Below are positions 55,294-64,000 of a stretch of DNA of 64,000 nt, piece after piece; within the stretch, counting starts at the first letter, position 1; every line of letters starts with the position of its first letter. Made by a program: the position numbers and the translations under genes. The stretch covers positions 3,286 to 67,285 of the forward strand of contig JAJXZD010000174.1 of NCBI GenBank assembly GCA_021780215.1. Reading direction: 5' to 3'. This DNA comes from Acidobacteriota bacterium. GTDB lineage: Bacteria > Acidobacteriota > Terriglobia > Acidiferrales > UBA7541. The notes beneath the pieces were generated by a model that was not told the DNA's origin, did not search any database, and saw only the letters and a program-made list of their open reading frames with translations.

Positions 55294-56451
55294 ATGACAC
55301 TCGGCGTATACATCCAGATTCCGTTCTGCCAGACGAAGTGCACCTATTGCAATTTTCATACCGGCGTGGTCCCGCGCGACCGCTACCAGCCCTATGCCGA
55401 CGCGCTGTGCCGGGAGATTCGCGAATCCGCCGCGCACGGAGCGCAGCCGGTGGATACGGTCTATTTCGGAGGCGGGACGCCGAGCCTGCTGGACCCGGCC
55501 GCCCTGGCGCGCATCCTCGATGCCCTGCGGGCCGCGCACGCCGTCGAGTCTCCCGAAATCACCCTCGAGGCCGATCCGGAGACTGTGACGGCGGAAAAAG
55601 CGTCGGCATGGGAGCGGATGGGAATCAACCGCATCAGCCTGGGTGTGCAGTCCTTTCATGATGCGGAGCTTCGCTCCACCGGGCGGCTGCACCGCCGCGA
55701 GGATATCTTTCGCGCCACCGACCTTCTGCGTACGGCCGGCCTGCGCAATATCAGCATGGACCTGATCGCCGGGCTCCCGCATCAGACCGCGAAAACCTGG
55801 GAAGAGTCCCTGAATCAGCTCCTGCGCCTCTATCCCGAGCACGTCTCCATTTACATGCTCGAGCTCGACGAGGGCAGCCGCCTGGGAAGGGAATCGCTGG
55901 CCGGAGGAACGCGCTACAGCGTGGGGGCGATTCCCGATGATGACGCGATCGCCGGGTTCTACGAATCCGCACGGGTCGCGCTGGCGAAGGCGGGCTATGA
56001 TCACTACGAAATTTCCAACTGGGGACTGCCGGGCTTTCCTTCGCGGCACAATTTGAAATACTGGCACCGCGAGCCTTATTACGGCGCAGGGGCGGGTGCC
56101 CATTCCTTCGACGGGATCGTGCGCTGGGCCAACGTACACGAAGCGTCGCGCTACGTCACTTTGATCCAGCAAGGCGGAAGCGTTCACGAACTGACTGAGA
56201 CCGTCACGCCACTCAATGCCTTGAGCGAAATGTTTTTCCTGGGTTTGCGCCTGCTGGCCGGAGTGGACCTGGCATGGATTGAGCGGCAATGTCAGGCCGA
56301 TGAGATTCTGAGAGGGCGCTGGGAAGTGCTTCGGCAGCGGGTCGATACGCTGCAGCGCCATGGGATGATCGAGCTTGCGGGCGACCGCCTGCGCATTCCT
56401 CCCGACCGGCTCACCATCTCCAACGAGATCTTTCTCGAATTGCTGGGCTGA
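55294..56451 (+). CDS. hemW: Radical-SAM HemN-like protein, probable haem chaperone HemW
   Basis: Internal ATG at 55294. The radical-SAM motif is IPFCQTKCTYCNF, and the length of 385 aa is typical of HemW. Confidence 0.8.
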   Translation: MTLGVYIQIPFCQTKCTYCNFHTGVVPRDRYQPYADALCREIRESAAHGAQPVDTVYFGGGTPSLLDPAALARILDALRAAHAVESPEITLEADPETVTAEKASAWERMGINRISLGVQSFHDAELRSTGRLHRREDIFRATDLLRTAGLRNISMDLIAGLPHQTAKTWEESLNQLLRLYPEHVSIYMLELDEGSRLGRESLAGGTRYSVGAIPDDDAIAGFYESARVALAKAGYDHYEISNWGLPGFPSRHNLKYWHREPYYGAGAGAHSFDGIVRWANVHEASRYVTLIQQGGSVHELTETVTPLNALSEMFFLGLRLLAGVDLAWIERQCQADEILRGRWEVLRQRVDTLQRHGMIELAGDRLRIPPDRLTISNEIFLELLG

Positions 56452-56467
56452 TTATCCCGCCAGGCGC

Positions 56468-57883
56468 TTAGTTTTCGAGGCCCAGGGCGCGAATCTTATG
56501 CAGGAGAGTTTTGTAGGAGACCCCCAATTTTTCCGCGGCGCGCGTCTTATTCCACTTGGCCTCGCGCAGCGCACCCTGGATTTTGAAGCGCTCGACGTGC
56601 GCTAGCGCCCGCTGGGAGACCTCCTCGAGCGGGCCGTCCCACAGGAAATGACCGGCGAGCATGTCTTCGGGCACATCGGCCGGCTCGGGCTTCGCCGTCG
56701 CGAGTTGCAGTGATTCGGCATCAATCTCCGTCCCGTTCGCCAGGATGGCCGCGCGCTCCATCGTGTTCTGCAACTCTCGGACGTTGCCGGGCCAGGCATA
56801 TCCGCGCAAACGAGCGCGCGCTTCCGGAGTCAGGGCCAGCGATGCCTTGCGGAACTCGCGCTTGAAACGCTCGAGGAAATGATCCGCCAATAGAAGGACA
56901 TCCTCCCCGCGCTCGCGCAGAGGAGGGATGAGGATGGGCACAGCCGCGATGCGGAAGTAGAGATCGTCGCGGAACGTCTTGGCGGCGACCGCGGCGTGCA
57001 GGTCCTTGTTTGTGGCGGCCACGATGCGGACGTTGACCTCGATCTCCGCCGTTCCTCCCACCCGCTCGAACCGCTTCTCTTCGAGGACGCGCAATAGCTT
57101 GCTCTGCGCCGCCGGCGGCATTTCGCCGATTTCGTCAAGAAAGAGCGTGCCGCGATGCGCAAGCTCGATTTTCCCGATCTTCCGGGAGCCGGCCCCTGTG
57201 TAGGCGCCGCGTTCGTGGCCGAAAAGCTCGTTTTCGATCAATCCTTCGGGGATGGCCGCACAATTCAGGGCGACAAAGGGGCGGTCCGCCCGCGGGCTCA
57301 AATGATGGATAGCCCGTGCGAAAAGCTCCTTGCCGGTGCCGCTTTCCCCCAGCAGCAGGACAGTCGAATCCGCCGCAGCCACGCGTTGGGCCATCTGGCT
57401 GGCTTCCTTCATCGCCGGACTTTCGCCGACAATTCGGGGGAAACCGTACCGGGACGCGTATTCCTCGCGGAGGAGCAGATTTTCTCGCAGCAACTCCTGC
57501 TGCTTCGTCGCGCGATCCAGAAGCAGCTTCAGGTGGTCCAGATCCACCGGCTTCTGGATGAAGTCAAACGCACCCTCTTTCATCGCCGTGACGGCTTCCG
57601 TGACCGACCCATAGGCGGTCACCAGGATCACAGGAAGAGTCGGCTCGGCTCGGCGCGCCTCCTGCAGGACCTCAATTCCGGAATGGCCGGGCATCTTCAG
57701 GTCGGATAGAACTAGCAGGTAGCGCCGGGAACGCAGCTTCTCGATTGCGGAGCTTCCGTCCGGGGCTTCCTCGACCGAATAGCCGGCGCGCTCGAGCGCT
57801 TTGCGGAGCATGGCTCGCAATTCAGGCTTGTCTTCTACCAGGAGGACGGGTTCCATTGTGGTCGGGGCGTTTAGTGGGCCCAT
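56468..57883 (-). CDS. Sigma54-dependent response regulator (NtrC family: REC, AAA+ and Fis-type HTH domains)
   Basis: Contains the REC segment LLVEDK..SDLKMPG, the Walker A motif GESGTGKE, a GAFTGA-type loop (ERGAYTGA), and a C-terminal HTH (AAEKLGVSYKTLLHKI). The start is either 57883 or 57856. Confidence 0.9.
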   Translation of the reverse strand: MGPLNAPTTMEPVLLVEDKPELRAMLRKALERAGYSVEEAPDGSSAIEKLRSRRYLLVLSDLKMPGHSGIEVLQEARRAEPTLPVILVTAYGSVTEAVTAMKEGAFDFIQKPVDLDHLKLLLDRATKQQELLRENLLLREEYASRYGFPRIVGESPAMKEASQMAQRVAAADSTVLLLGESGTGKELFARAIHHLSPRADRPFVALNCAAIPEGLIENELFGHERGAYTGAGSRKIGKIELAHRGTLFLDEIGEMPPAAQSKLLRVLEEKRFERVGGTAEIEVNVRIVAATNKDLHAAVAAKTFRDDLYFRIAAVPILIPPLRERGEDVLLLADHFLERFKREFRKASLALTPEARARLRGYAWPGNVRELQNTMERAAILANGTEIDAESLQLATAKPEPADVPEDMLAGHFLWDGPLEEVSQRALAHVERFKIQGALREAKWNKTRAAEKLGVSYKTLLHKIRALGLEN

Positions 57884-58488
57884 CCGGGATCGCCGCCCGA
57901 CTTCCGCAGCGCGTCCTCGGCATCGGCGATTGCCTGCTTGTCGGCTTCGATGTCTTTCTTCTTCTTGTCAATTTGCGCGGTCTTCTTGTTGATGTCCTCG
58001 CGGGTCAATTCCTGCATCATGGTCTTGGTGGGGTCGCTGTAGTATTGCACGTTGGCCACGCCCAGTTCCCGCTGCAACACGGCCAGGTCGGACTGGTCCT
58101 GCTGGAGCTTTTGGCGCAACTGGGCGAACTTGGCTCGCCAGGTCTTCTCGTCGTTTGCCCCGGGCGCTGCCGCCGCAGCGCCTTCTCCCCCCGCGCTGCC
58201 CACGGAGGAAATGCCGCCCTGCGTGGGGAGATTGTCGTTGGTGTAAACCTTTGCAGCCTTCGGCCCTTTTTCCCGCTCCTTCCGTGCGCGGCGCGCCGCC
58301 TCGACCAAGGGACTCTCTTGGGGAGCGGCTTGCGATTTCGGCGGGGTTTTCTGGCTGTCCGTCGCCTGTTTCTTCGATTGTTCGGAGGCCGCGGGTTGGG
58401 CGGATTGTCCCTCCGACTGGCGGCATAAAGCAGCGGCCGGAAAGACGGCCAGTGCCGCCAGAAAAATCCAAAGAAGTTTGCGCATCAT
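57871..58488 (-). CDS. Secreted Lys/Gln-rich coiled-coil protein (205 aa) encoded between the kinase and the regulator
   Basis: Internal ATG-ATG at 58488 (MMRKLLWIFLAALAVFPAAALC). A low-complexity region and heptad-like QLRQKLQQDQSDLAVLQRELG / IDKKKKDIEADKQAIADAEDAL follow. The upstream part of ORF 57871-58833 overlaps the kinase and was rejected. Confidence 0.6.
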   Translation of the reverse strand: MMRKLLWIFLAALAVFPAAALCRQSEGQSAQPAASEQSKKQATDSQKTPPKSQAAPQESPLVEAARRARKEREKGPKAAKVYTNDNLPTQGGISSVGSAGGEGAAAAAPGANDEKTWRAKFAQLRQKLQQDQSDLAVLQRELGVANVQYYSDPTKTMMQELTREDINKKTAQIDKKKKDIEADKQAIADAEDALRKSGGDPGWAH

Positions 58489-58531
58489 AGGGACCTCCCT
58501 ACCCATGCACCCCAATTCGCTCTCTTTCAGT

Positions 58532-59929
58532 TTAGATGCGGGCTGCCTGGGAGGGGAATAGGGACGGCGAAACCTCCTGCCCCAAAGGTAACCACAGAAA
58601 CAGCGCCGCTCCGCCTCCGGGCAGGTTGCGGGCCTCGATGCTGCCGCCATGTTGCAGAGCGACTTTTTGGACGACTGCGAGGCCGAGGCCGGTGCCTTCT
58701 GATTTTGTGGTGAAGAACGGAAGGAAAATTTTTGGCAGGTCTTTTTCGGGAATTCCCAGTCCGTTGTCGGCAACGCTGATGCGTTGCCATTTCCGTCCTC
58801 CGAGCTCTTCGATTGTGCCGGTGATTTGCACATGCGGAGCGGCGCCGCTCTCCCGCGCGGATTCCGCTCCGTTGCGGGCCAGATTCACGAGCGCCTGGCG
58901 AAGCAGCGCTTCATCCCCGGGCAGGTCGCTGAAGGAGCCTTCGCACGTCACGCTGCATTGCGGCATGCTCTCGCGCAACTCCTGCGCAACTCGCTCGACG
59001 AGCGCCGCCAGGGGCACGGTTTCAAAGCAGAGATCGAGCGGCTTGGCGAAGCGCAGGAATTCCGTGACGACGTGAGTGAGGGCGCGGACCTGGTCGAGCA
59101 GCTTGTCGGCAGAATCGCGCATGTCCCCGGGCACCGCTTCACTCCGGATCATTTGCGCGTATCCGGAAATGGTGGCCAGCGCGTTTTTGAATTCGTGGGC
59201 GATCCCAGCGGACATTTCGCCGAGCGCGGCCAGATTTTCCTTCCACCTGATCTGCTTCTGGAGCGCCGCCAGCTCGGTCAAATCGCTGAGCAGGCAAAGC
59301 GCACCGCTGGCTTTCTTCTCGGCGCGTCCCATCGGCCTTCGCGTGCCGCGGAAAATCGGAGAAATCGTGACGCCAAGGCGCCGCGCCTCGCCGTCCGCGG
59401 TCAGGTGCTCGACTTCGCTGCGATGAAAGGTCTTTCCTTCGCGCAGGGACGTTCCGATCATCCGGGCAAGCTCCGAATCCGCCCCGAGGATTTCCTTGTA
59501 GCCGCGGTAGTGCAGGCGGCGGATTCCGAGGGCCTGTTCCGCGGCGGGGTTGGCGGAGCCGATGGCCCCCGTGGCGTTGACGAGCAGCAGGCCGGTCGGC
59601 ATGTTGCGCGTCACCTCTTCCGTCAGGTGCTCGGATTCCTGTGCGCGCTCCTGTGCCAGTTGGTGCAGCCGAGCCAGCTCCTTTTCCTGGGCACGAAGCC
59701 TTTCGATCACTCCCTGCATCGAGGCAGCGGCGAAGGCGGAGGCATTCTCGGTCACCGCATTCGCGTTCGGCCAGACCCCGTGCGGGGCTTCCGCGCGCGG
59801 TCGAAGGAATCTCCGCGCCACGGCAGCAAGGAGCGCGATTACGACGAGCAGCAGAATGAATCCCACCGCGACATAGACCAGCCCCGGCGGTGCGTGCAGG
59901 GATTGGTGAATGGATGACTGTGGGTTCAT
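58532..59929 (-). CDS. Sensor histidine kinase (TM, PAS-like, HisKA and HATPase_c domains)
   Basis: The H-box is AGIAHEFKNAL. The N and G boxes are NLARNGAE, DNGLGI and GTGLGL. There is a single N-terminal TM helix. The start is either 59929 or 59965. Confidence 0.9.
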   Translation of the reverse strand: MNPQSSIHQSLHAPPGLVYVAVGFILLLVVIALLAAVARRFLRPRAEAPHGVWPNANAVTENASAFAAASMQGVIERLRAQEKELARLHQLAQERAQESEHLTEEVTRNMPTGLLLVNATGAIGSANPAAEQALGIRRLHYRGYKEILGADSELARMIGTSLREGKTFHRSEVEHLTADGEARRLGVTISPIFRGTRRPMGRAEKKASGALCLLSDLTELAALQKQIRWKENLAALGEMSAGIAHEFKNALATISGYAQMIRSEAVPGDMRDSADKLLDQVRALTHVVTEFLRFAKPLDLCFETVPLAALVERVAQELRESMPQCSVTCEGSFSDLPGDEALLRQALVNLARNGAESARESGAAPHVQITGTIEELGGRKWQRISVADNGLGIPEKDLPKIFLPFFTTKSEGTGLGLAVVQKVALQHGGSIEARNLPGGGAALFLWLPLGQEVSPSLFPSQAARI

Positions 59930-60050
59930 CGGCGCACAGCGGGAATCCGCCCCTAAATTTCGCACACTCTCGCGTGCGCCTCAAGCCGGTTTCCCGGAGG
60001 GATGCTCGACTGCTAACGCCCGCTGCGGCTGGCAGGGCGCTCCGCCGGGT

Positions 60051-61568
60051 TTAGCGCAGGAGCCGCGCGAAGCGGTCTTGCTGAATTGCTGCGGAAACCG
60101 CTTCGATATCCGGGGCGAGGGAGCGGTCGCCGTGGACGCTGTCCGATATCGAGCGGACGATTGCATGCGCCCGGCGCGCTTCGAGGCCCGGCTGCAAGGG
60201 CGCCAGCAGGTCAATGCCCTGGCACGAGGCGAGCAGTTCAATGGCGAGGATATTCCGCAAATTGGCGAGCAGGGAATCGAGCCGTCGGGCCGCCCCCATC
60301 CCCATCGAGACGTAGTCCTCCTGGTTGGCCGAGGTGGGAATGGAATCCACTGCATGGGGCGCCGACAGTGCCTTCATTTCGCTGGCCAGCGCGGCCGCCG
60401 CAACCTGCAGGATCATGAAGCCCGAGTGCAGCCCTGCCTCCCGAGTGAGGAAGGCGGGCAGCCGGCTGGTATGGGGGTTGGTCATCTGTTCGGTGCGGCG
60501 TTCGGAAATTCCTCCGAGCACGGCGAGAGCGGACGCCATCTGGTCGGCGGCCATGGCGAGCGGCTGACCATGGAAATTGCCGCCACTGAGCACCTCGCCG
60601 GTATCCGCGAAAACCAGCGGGTTATCGGTAGCGCTATTGAGTTCGATGGAGAGGGTGGCGCGGATGTGGGCGAGAGCGTCGCGCGTCGCTCCATGCACCT
60701 GCGGGGCGCAGCGCAGACTGTACGGGTCCTGCACCCGAGGGTCGTTCTCCGGGGAGCGGTGCGATTCGCGAATGGTGCTGCCGCGGACGAGCCGCTCGAG
60801 GTTCCGCGCCACGGCGGCGTGGCCGGGATGCGGGCGCAGCGCGGCGATGCGAGGGTCGAACGCCACCGGGCTGCCCCGCAGCGCGTCGAGCGACAGGGCT
60901 GCCGCCACGTCGGCGGTATCGGCGCAGATTTCGGCGTCGCGCAAGGCCAGAGCCAGCAGAGCCAGCATGGCCTGTGTGCCATTGAGCAGCGCGAGTCCTT
61001 CCTTGGCATCGAGAGCCAGCGGAGCAATCCCTGCGGCCCGCATGGCTTCGCCGCCGTCCTGCGCGCGCCCCTGGTAGATCGCTCTTCCTTCGCCGATCAC
61101 AACCTGGGCGAGATGCGCCAGCGGAGCGAGATCTCCGGACGCTCCTACCGATCCCTGCGACGGGATGATCGGATGCACGCCGCAATTGAGCATGGCCGTG
61201 AGCGTGTCCAACAACTCCGGGCGAACGCCCGAATATCCCTTGGCCAGCGCGTTGATGCGGAGCGCAAGGACAGCGCGAGTGGCCGGCTCGCCGAGCGGCG
61301 CGCCTACGCCGCAGGCGTGGCTGCGAACGAGATTCAGTTGCAGAATTCGGATCTGATCCCGGGAAATCCGCGTGGAGGCCATCTTGCCGAAGCCAGTATT
61401 GACTCCATACACCCTATTTTCGGATTCCATCATGCGCTCGATGACGGCTCGCGAAGCGGCCATTTTCTGGCGCGCCGTGGGGGCAATTCCCGCGGTTGCG
61501 CCGCCGAACACGAGCGCGTCGAGAGCCTCGAGCGAAAAATGCTCGCCATCCAGGACGACATGGTTCAT
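60051..61568 (-). CDS. hutH: Histidine ammonia-lyase
   Basis: The MIO-forming motif GSVGASGDLAPL is present. The selectivity region LVRSHACGVG is of the Ser-His (HAL) type. I prefer the start at 61568 (MNHVVLDG). Confidence 0.85.
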   Translation of the reverse strand: MNHVVLDGEHFSLEALDALVFGGATAGIAPTARQKMAASRAVIERMMESENRVYGVNTGFGKMASTRISRDQIRILQLNLVRSHACGVGAPLGEPATRAVLALRINALAKGYSGVRPELLDTLTAMLNCGVHPIIPSQGSVGASGDLAPLAHLAQVVIGEGRAIYQGRAQDGGEAMRAAGIAPLALDAKEGLALLNGTQAMLALLALALRDAEICADTADVAAALSLDALRGSPVAFDPRIAALRPHPGHAAVARNLERLVRGSTIRESHRSPENDPRVQDPYSLRCAPQVHGATRDALAHIRATLSIELNSATDNPLVFADTGEVLSGGNFHGQPLAMAADQMASALAVLGGISERRTEQMTNPHTSRLPAFLTREAGLHSGFMILQVAAAALASEMKALSAPHAVDSIPTSANQEDYVSMGMGAARRLDSLLANLRNILAIELLASCQGIDLLAPLQPGLEARRAHAIVRSISDSVHGDRSLAPDIEAVSAAIQQDRFARLLR

Positions 61569-62632
61569 GGCTGGGATGCTCCCGGGCGAGGATGCTCGCG
61601 CCATTTCATATAGAGATCGAATCGGTTGATGACGATCAGGATTGTCCTTGTCAGGGCCACGTACTCATCGAGGCTGTCATCGGAGATCGAGCGCACCGAT
61701 TTTCGGCGTGCCTCCATCAGTTCAGGCAGGTCCGCCGGAGTCAACTGCGCACCGGCGCTCACGTCGAAGGCCTGATCTCCCGCCACGTATGGCGGATTGG
61801 CGGGATCAATGTGTCCGAAATCGCCGTGGATGACGGCGGCGAGACGTCGCAGGACGCGGGCCCGGGAAAGCGGCGTGTGCGGCACGTCCGGGACAGGCGT
61901 GTACCGGAGCACGGATCGCACGATCTCCTCGTCCTTGTCCGAAAGGCCGTCGAGGGAAAGACCGGCGTGGAGGGTCTCGAACGCCGGCTCGGTCAAATTC
62001 AGCGCCAGGGCGAATACTGCAGCCGGGCGGGCCCGCGAATCGTCTCCCTGCGCGAGAAGGGCCAGATACTTTGCCGCCAGTTCCGGCTCCATGCTTCCGT
62101 ACAGCAGCATGGCGTTGTCTATTCGATGGAGTGCGTGGGAGTTTCCCGGCGAGATGGATGCGGCGTCAGGGGGAGACTTCATGTACTTCTCCGCGAGCGG
62201 TCCGATATCCACTCCACGGCGGGAAAGCCGAAGGAGCAGGGAAACGTAAGCGGCGGGATCAACGGCCTTCAAGTCGGCGGCGCGCAGAGCTGCGGAGATG
62301 GCCGCGAGCGAGGGCGCGGAGGTGTCCAGGCTGAGCAGGAGAGTGGACCCATCGAGCAGGAAAGGCGGCGGTTGATTCTGGCGGACGAGCATTTCCTGGA
62401 AGCATGGAACCGCTTCGGGTCCAAGCTGCTTTGCGGCAGCGCGGAGCCTCGCCACGTTTTGAGTCGAATTTCCAGTGCGCTGGCCGGCTGCATGCAGGGA
62501 AGGGCCGCCATACACGAGGCGCTCGGCAGAGTTCAAAGGAGCGCACGGGTCGGGTTGTGCCCGGAGAGGCGCTATGAAACCGAGCATCACGAGGATAGAC
62601 AAGATTGCGGCGCGGAGTTGGCGCAGGCGCAT
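61565..62632 (-). CDS. Secreted hypothetical protein, translationally coupled to hutH
   Basis: Internal ATG at 62632 (MRLRQLRAAILSILVMLGFIAPLRAQ). It is helical and Ala/Leu-rich. Its stop overlaps the hutH start in an ATGA arrangement. I recognise no family. Confidence 0.5.
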   Translation of the reverse strand: MRLRQLRAAILSILVMLGFIAPLRAQPDPCAPLNSAERLVYGGPSLHAAGQRTGNSTQNVARLRAAAKQLGPEAVPCFQEMLVRQNQPPPFLLDGSTLLLSLDTSAPSLAAISAALRAADLKAVDPAAYVSLLLRLSRRGVDIGPLAEKYMKSPPDAASISPGNSHALHRIDNAMLLYGSMEPELAAKYLALLAQGDDSRARPAAVFALALNLTEPAFETLHAGLSLDGLSDKDEEIVRSVLRYTPVPDVPHTPLSRARVLRRLAAVIHGDFGHIDPANPPYVAGDQAFDVSAGAQLTPADLPELMEARRKSVRSISDDSLDEYVALTRTILIVINRFDLYMKWREHPRPGASQP

Positions 62633-62669
62633 GGAATGAAAGCCTGCCGACATGCCCCGCGCGTGTCGC

Positions 62670-63119
62670 CTAGCGGACGCCTTTCCCTTGCCCATCGCTG
62701 GATGTCTCCGGCGCGTTTCCTGGGAAATAGGCCTGGTATTTCTCCGGGAGGGAGCGTGGCCGGCCGAGGCGATCGCAAATAATGTGCAGAGTCTCGCCCG
62801 TGGCAATCCGCTCGCCGGAATCCTGGTTCAGAATCTCGTAGCTGAAGCGGATGGTTCGCCGACGCGTTTCGGTCACCCAAGCCCGAATCGTGAGGATGTC
62901 ATCGTAGCGCGCCGGGCGGACATAGCGGCAACTGGCTTCAGCGACCACCAGAAAGAGGCCGTCCTCCATCTCCATCCGCTTATACTCCAATCCCCGTTGG
63001 CGGCAGAACTCGACGCGGCCGATTTCAAACCAGGTGAAATAGTTTCCATAGTAGGCGACGTGCATCTGGTCGGTTTCGGCATAGCGCACGCGAATCGTGG
63101 TGTCCGTTGAGGTATGCAT
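62670..63119 (-). CDS. YbgC/4HBT-family acyl-CoA thioesterase
   Basis: Internal ATG at 63119. The sequence RVRYAETDQMHVAYYGNYFTWFEIGR is the hotdog 4HBT signature. Confidence 0.8.
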   Translation of the reverse strand: MHTSTDTTIRVRYAETDQMHVAYYGNYFTWFEIGRVEFCRQRGLEYKRMEMEDGLFLVVAEASCRYVRPARYDDILTIRAWVTETRRRTIRFSYEILNQDSGERIATGETLHIICDRLGRPRSLPEKYQAYFPGNAPETSSDGQGKGVR

Positions 63120-63126
63120 GATCGGG

Positions 63127-63909
63127 CTAATGTCCGCTCCATTTGGGCGCGCGCTTTTCGAGAAAGGCCGCGATGCCCTCCTGAAAATCCGCGGTCGAAC
63201 GGATCGCGGCATTGGCTTCAATGGCAGCTTCAAGTGCGGCGCGCACGGCCATATCGTCAAAACCCAGGAGAAATTTCTTGGTGCGCGTGACCGCCGTGGG
63301 ACTGGCTTCGAGCAGCCCGGCGGCAATCTCGCGGGCGCGGTTCATAAGAGTCTCCGCGGGAACAACCTCTGTCACGAGGCCAAGCCGGAACGCCTCGGCA
63401 GCGCCGATCAGGCGTCCGCTCATCAGAAGCTCGCGCGCGCGCTTTTCCCCCACCTGCCGGCGCAGAAACACTCCCACCACCGCCGGAATGAAGCCGATCC
63501 TCACCTCCGTGTATCCGAACTTCGCCTCCGGAACGGCCAGTGTGAAGTCCGCCAGAGTAGCAATCCCGCAGCCTCCGGCAATGGCGTGGCCATTCACCGC
63601 AGCGATCACGGGTTTCGGAAACGCGTACAGGCGGTAAAACATCTTCGAGATGCGCCGGGAGTCCTCGAGATTTTTGGCTTGCGTCTGCCGAGAGATGACT
63701 TGTAGTTCGTCGAGGTCCATGCCCGCGCAGAAGGCTTTTCCGGAGCCGGTGAGAATCACGACGCGCGCGTTGGCCGATTCGGCCTCGTCCAGCGCTCCCA
63801 TCAGATCCGCGATCATTTGCGAGGAGATGGCATTGCGCCTTTCCGGGAGGCTGAGCGCGAGAGTGGCGATCCCCCCGTCCATCTGGTACGTCAGCGTTGA
63901 AAATCGCAT
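63127..63909 (-). CDS. Enoyl-CoA hydratase/isomerase (crotonase) family protein
   Basis: 260 aa. Contains VILTGSGKAFCAGMDL and AAVNGHAIAGG, the oxyanion-hole segments. Confidence 0.85.
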   Translation of the reverse strand: MRFSTLTYQMDGGIATLALSLPERRNAISSQMIADLMGALDEAESANARVVILTGSGKAFCAGMDLDELQVISRQTQAKNLEDSRRISKMFYRLYAFPKPVIAAVNGHAIAGGCGIATLADFTLAVPEAKFGYTEVRIGFIPAVVGVFLRRQVGEKRARELLMSGRLIGAAEAFRLGLVTEVVPAETLMNRAREIAAGLLEASPTAVTRTKKFLLGFDDMAVRAALEAAIEANAAIRSTADFQEGIAAFLEKRAPKWSGH

Positions 63910-63928
63910 CGCGTTGCTGCTCTGCCGC

Positions 63929-64000
63929 CTAATCCTGCGCCGATGCCTGCGGCGCTTCGGCGTATTTTTCGCGCAACTCTCCGGTCATGGCGCAGGCGAC
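63929..64000 (-). CDS. C-terminal 23 codons of an unidentified gene entering from the right edge
   Basis: My own translation of the minus strand gives VACAMTGELREKYAEAPQASAQD followed by a stop (TAG at 63931-63929). This is too short to identify. Confidence 0.3.
   Translation of the reverse strand, partial: VACAMTGELREKYAEAPQASAQD

Noticed and set aside
60051-61568. The idea that the hutH-like gene is a tyrosine/phenylalanine ammonia-lyase feeding a CoA-dependent pathway, given the thioesterase and crotonase neighbours.
   Set aside because: The selectivity-switch dipeptide is Ser-His (LVRSHACGVG), as in histidine ammonia-lyases. It is not His-Leu or Phe-Leu. No CoA ligase gene is present.
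59910-62782. 567-aa and 428-aa plus-strand ORFs.
   Set aside because: They lie antisense to hutH and to the secreted hypothetical gene. hutH is unambiguous because of its ASG MIO motif.
1-64000. Search for tRNA, rRNA, CRISPR arrays, IS elements, integrases, and toxin-antitoxin or known defence genes.
   Set aside because: None was recognised by eye in any intergenic gap or ORF. Small RNAs or tRNAs could be missed without tRNAscan or Infernal, but no gap shows a GTTCGAATC-type T-arm or a cloverleaf-sized conserved block.

Overview
This is a GC-rich, gene-dense chromosomal segment with about 60 protein-coding genes. All calls come from reading the supplied translations and the raw sequence by eye. 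No database search, covariance model or motif scanner was run. The source is most likely an Acidobacteriota genome. That is an inference from the 1154-aa TonB-dependent receptor with an N-terminal carboxypeptidase-regulatory-like domain, the many small zinc-ribbon proteins and the overall gene content. I saw no rRNA, tRNA, CRISPR array, transposase or integrase.

Modules from left to right:
- rel/spoT, a lipoprotein, an M1-like pseudo-peptidase and ridA.
- A tightly coupled three-gene operon (6732-9855, minus strand): degenerate RecA-fold protein, an 88-aa protein, then a divergent family-B DNA polymerase, all behind a near-consensus sigma70 promoter. I consider this the best candidate for an uncharacterised system: a PolB-based, mutasome-like translesion cassette.
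- A TonB-dependent receptor, a BchI/MoxR-like ATPase plus VWA pair, bioBFDA, and a SAM-I riboswitch-controlled Cys/Met PLP enzyme.
- A roughly 12-kb stress/dormancy-like island (27.2-39.8 kb): arsM, two tandem USPs, an orphan GroEL, Hsp20, PFK, a Pat-type acetyltransferase, an eRF1-like (baeRF1) protein, an ACD-like protein and cytochrome c. Its intergenic regions carry repeated CRP-type TGTGA-N6-TCAC sites.
- An amino-acid metabolism block with ilvA, and a type IV pilus/T2SS-like assembly cluster (F, E, M, N, O, P-like and an atypical pseudopilin).
- An orphan nuoB, ygfZ, hemW, a histidine kinase / secreted coiled-coil protein / sigma54 response regulator unit, hutH and acyl-CoA genes.

Many long ORFs in the track are antisense shadows of real genes and were rejected. 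Several real genes start at internal Met codons of the listed ORFs.
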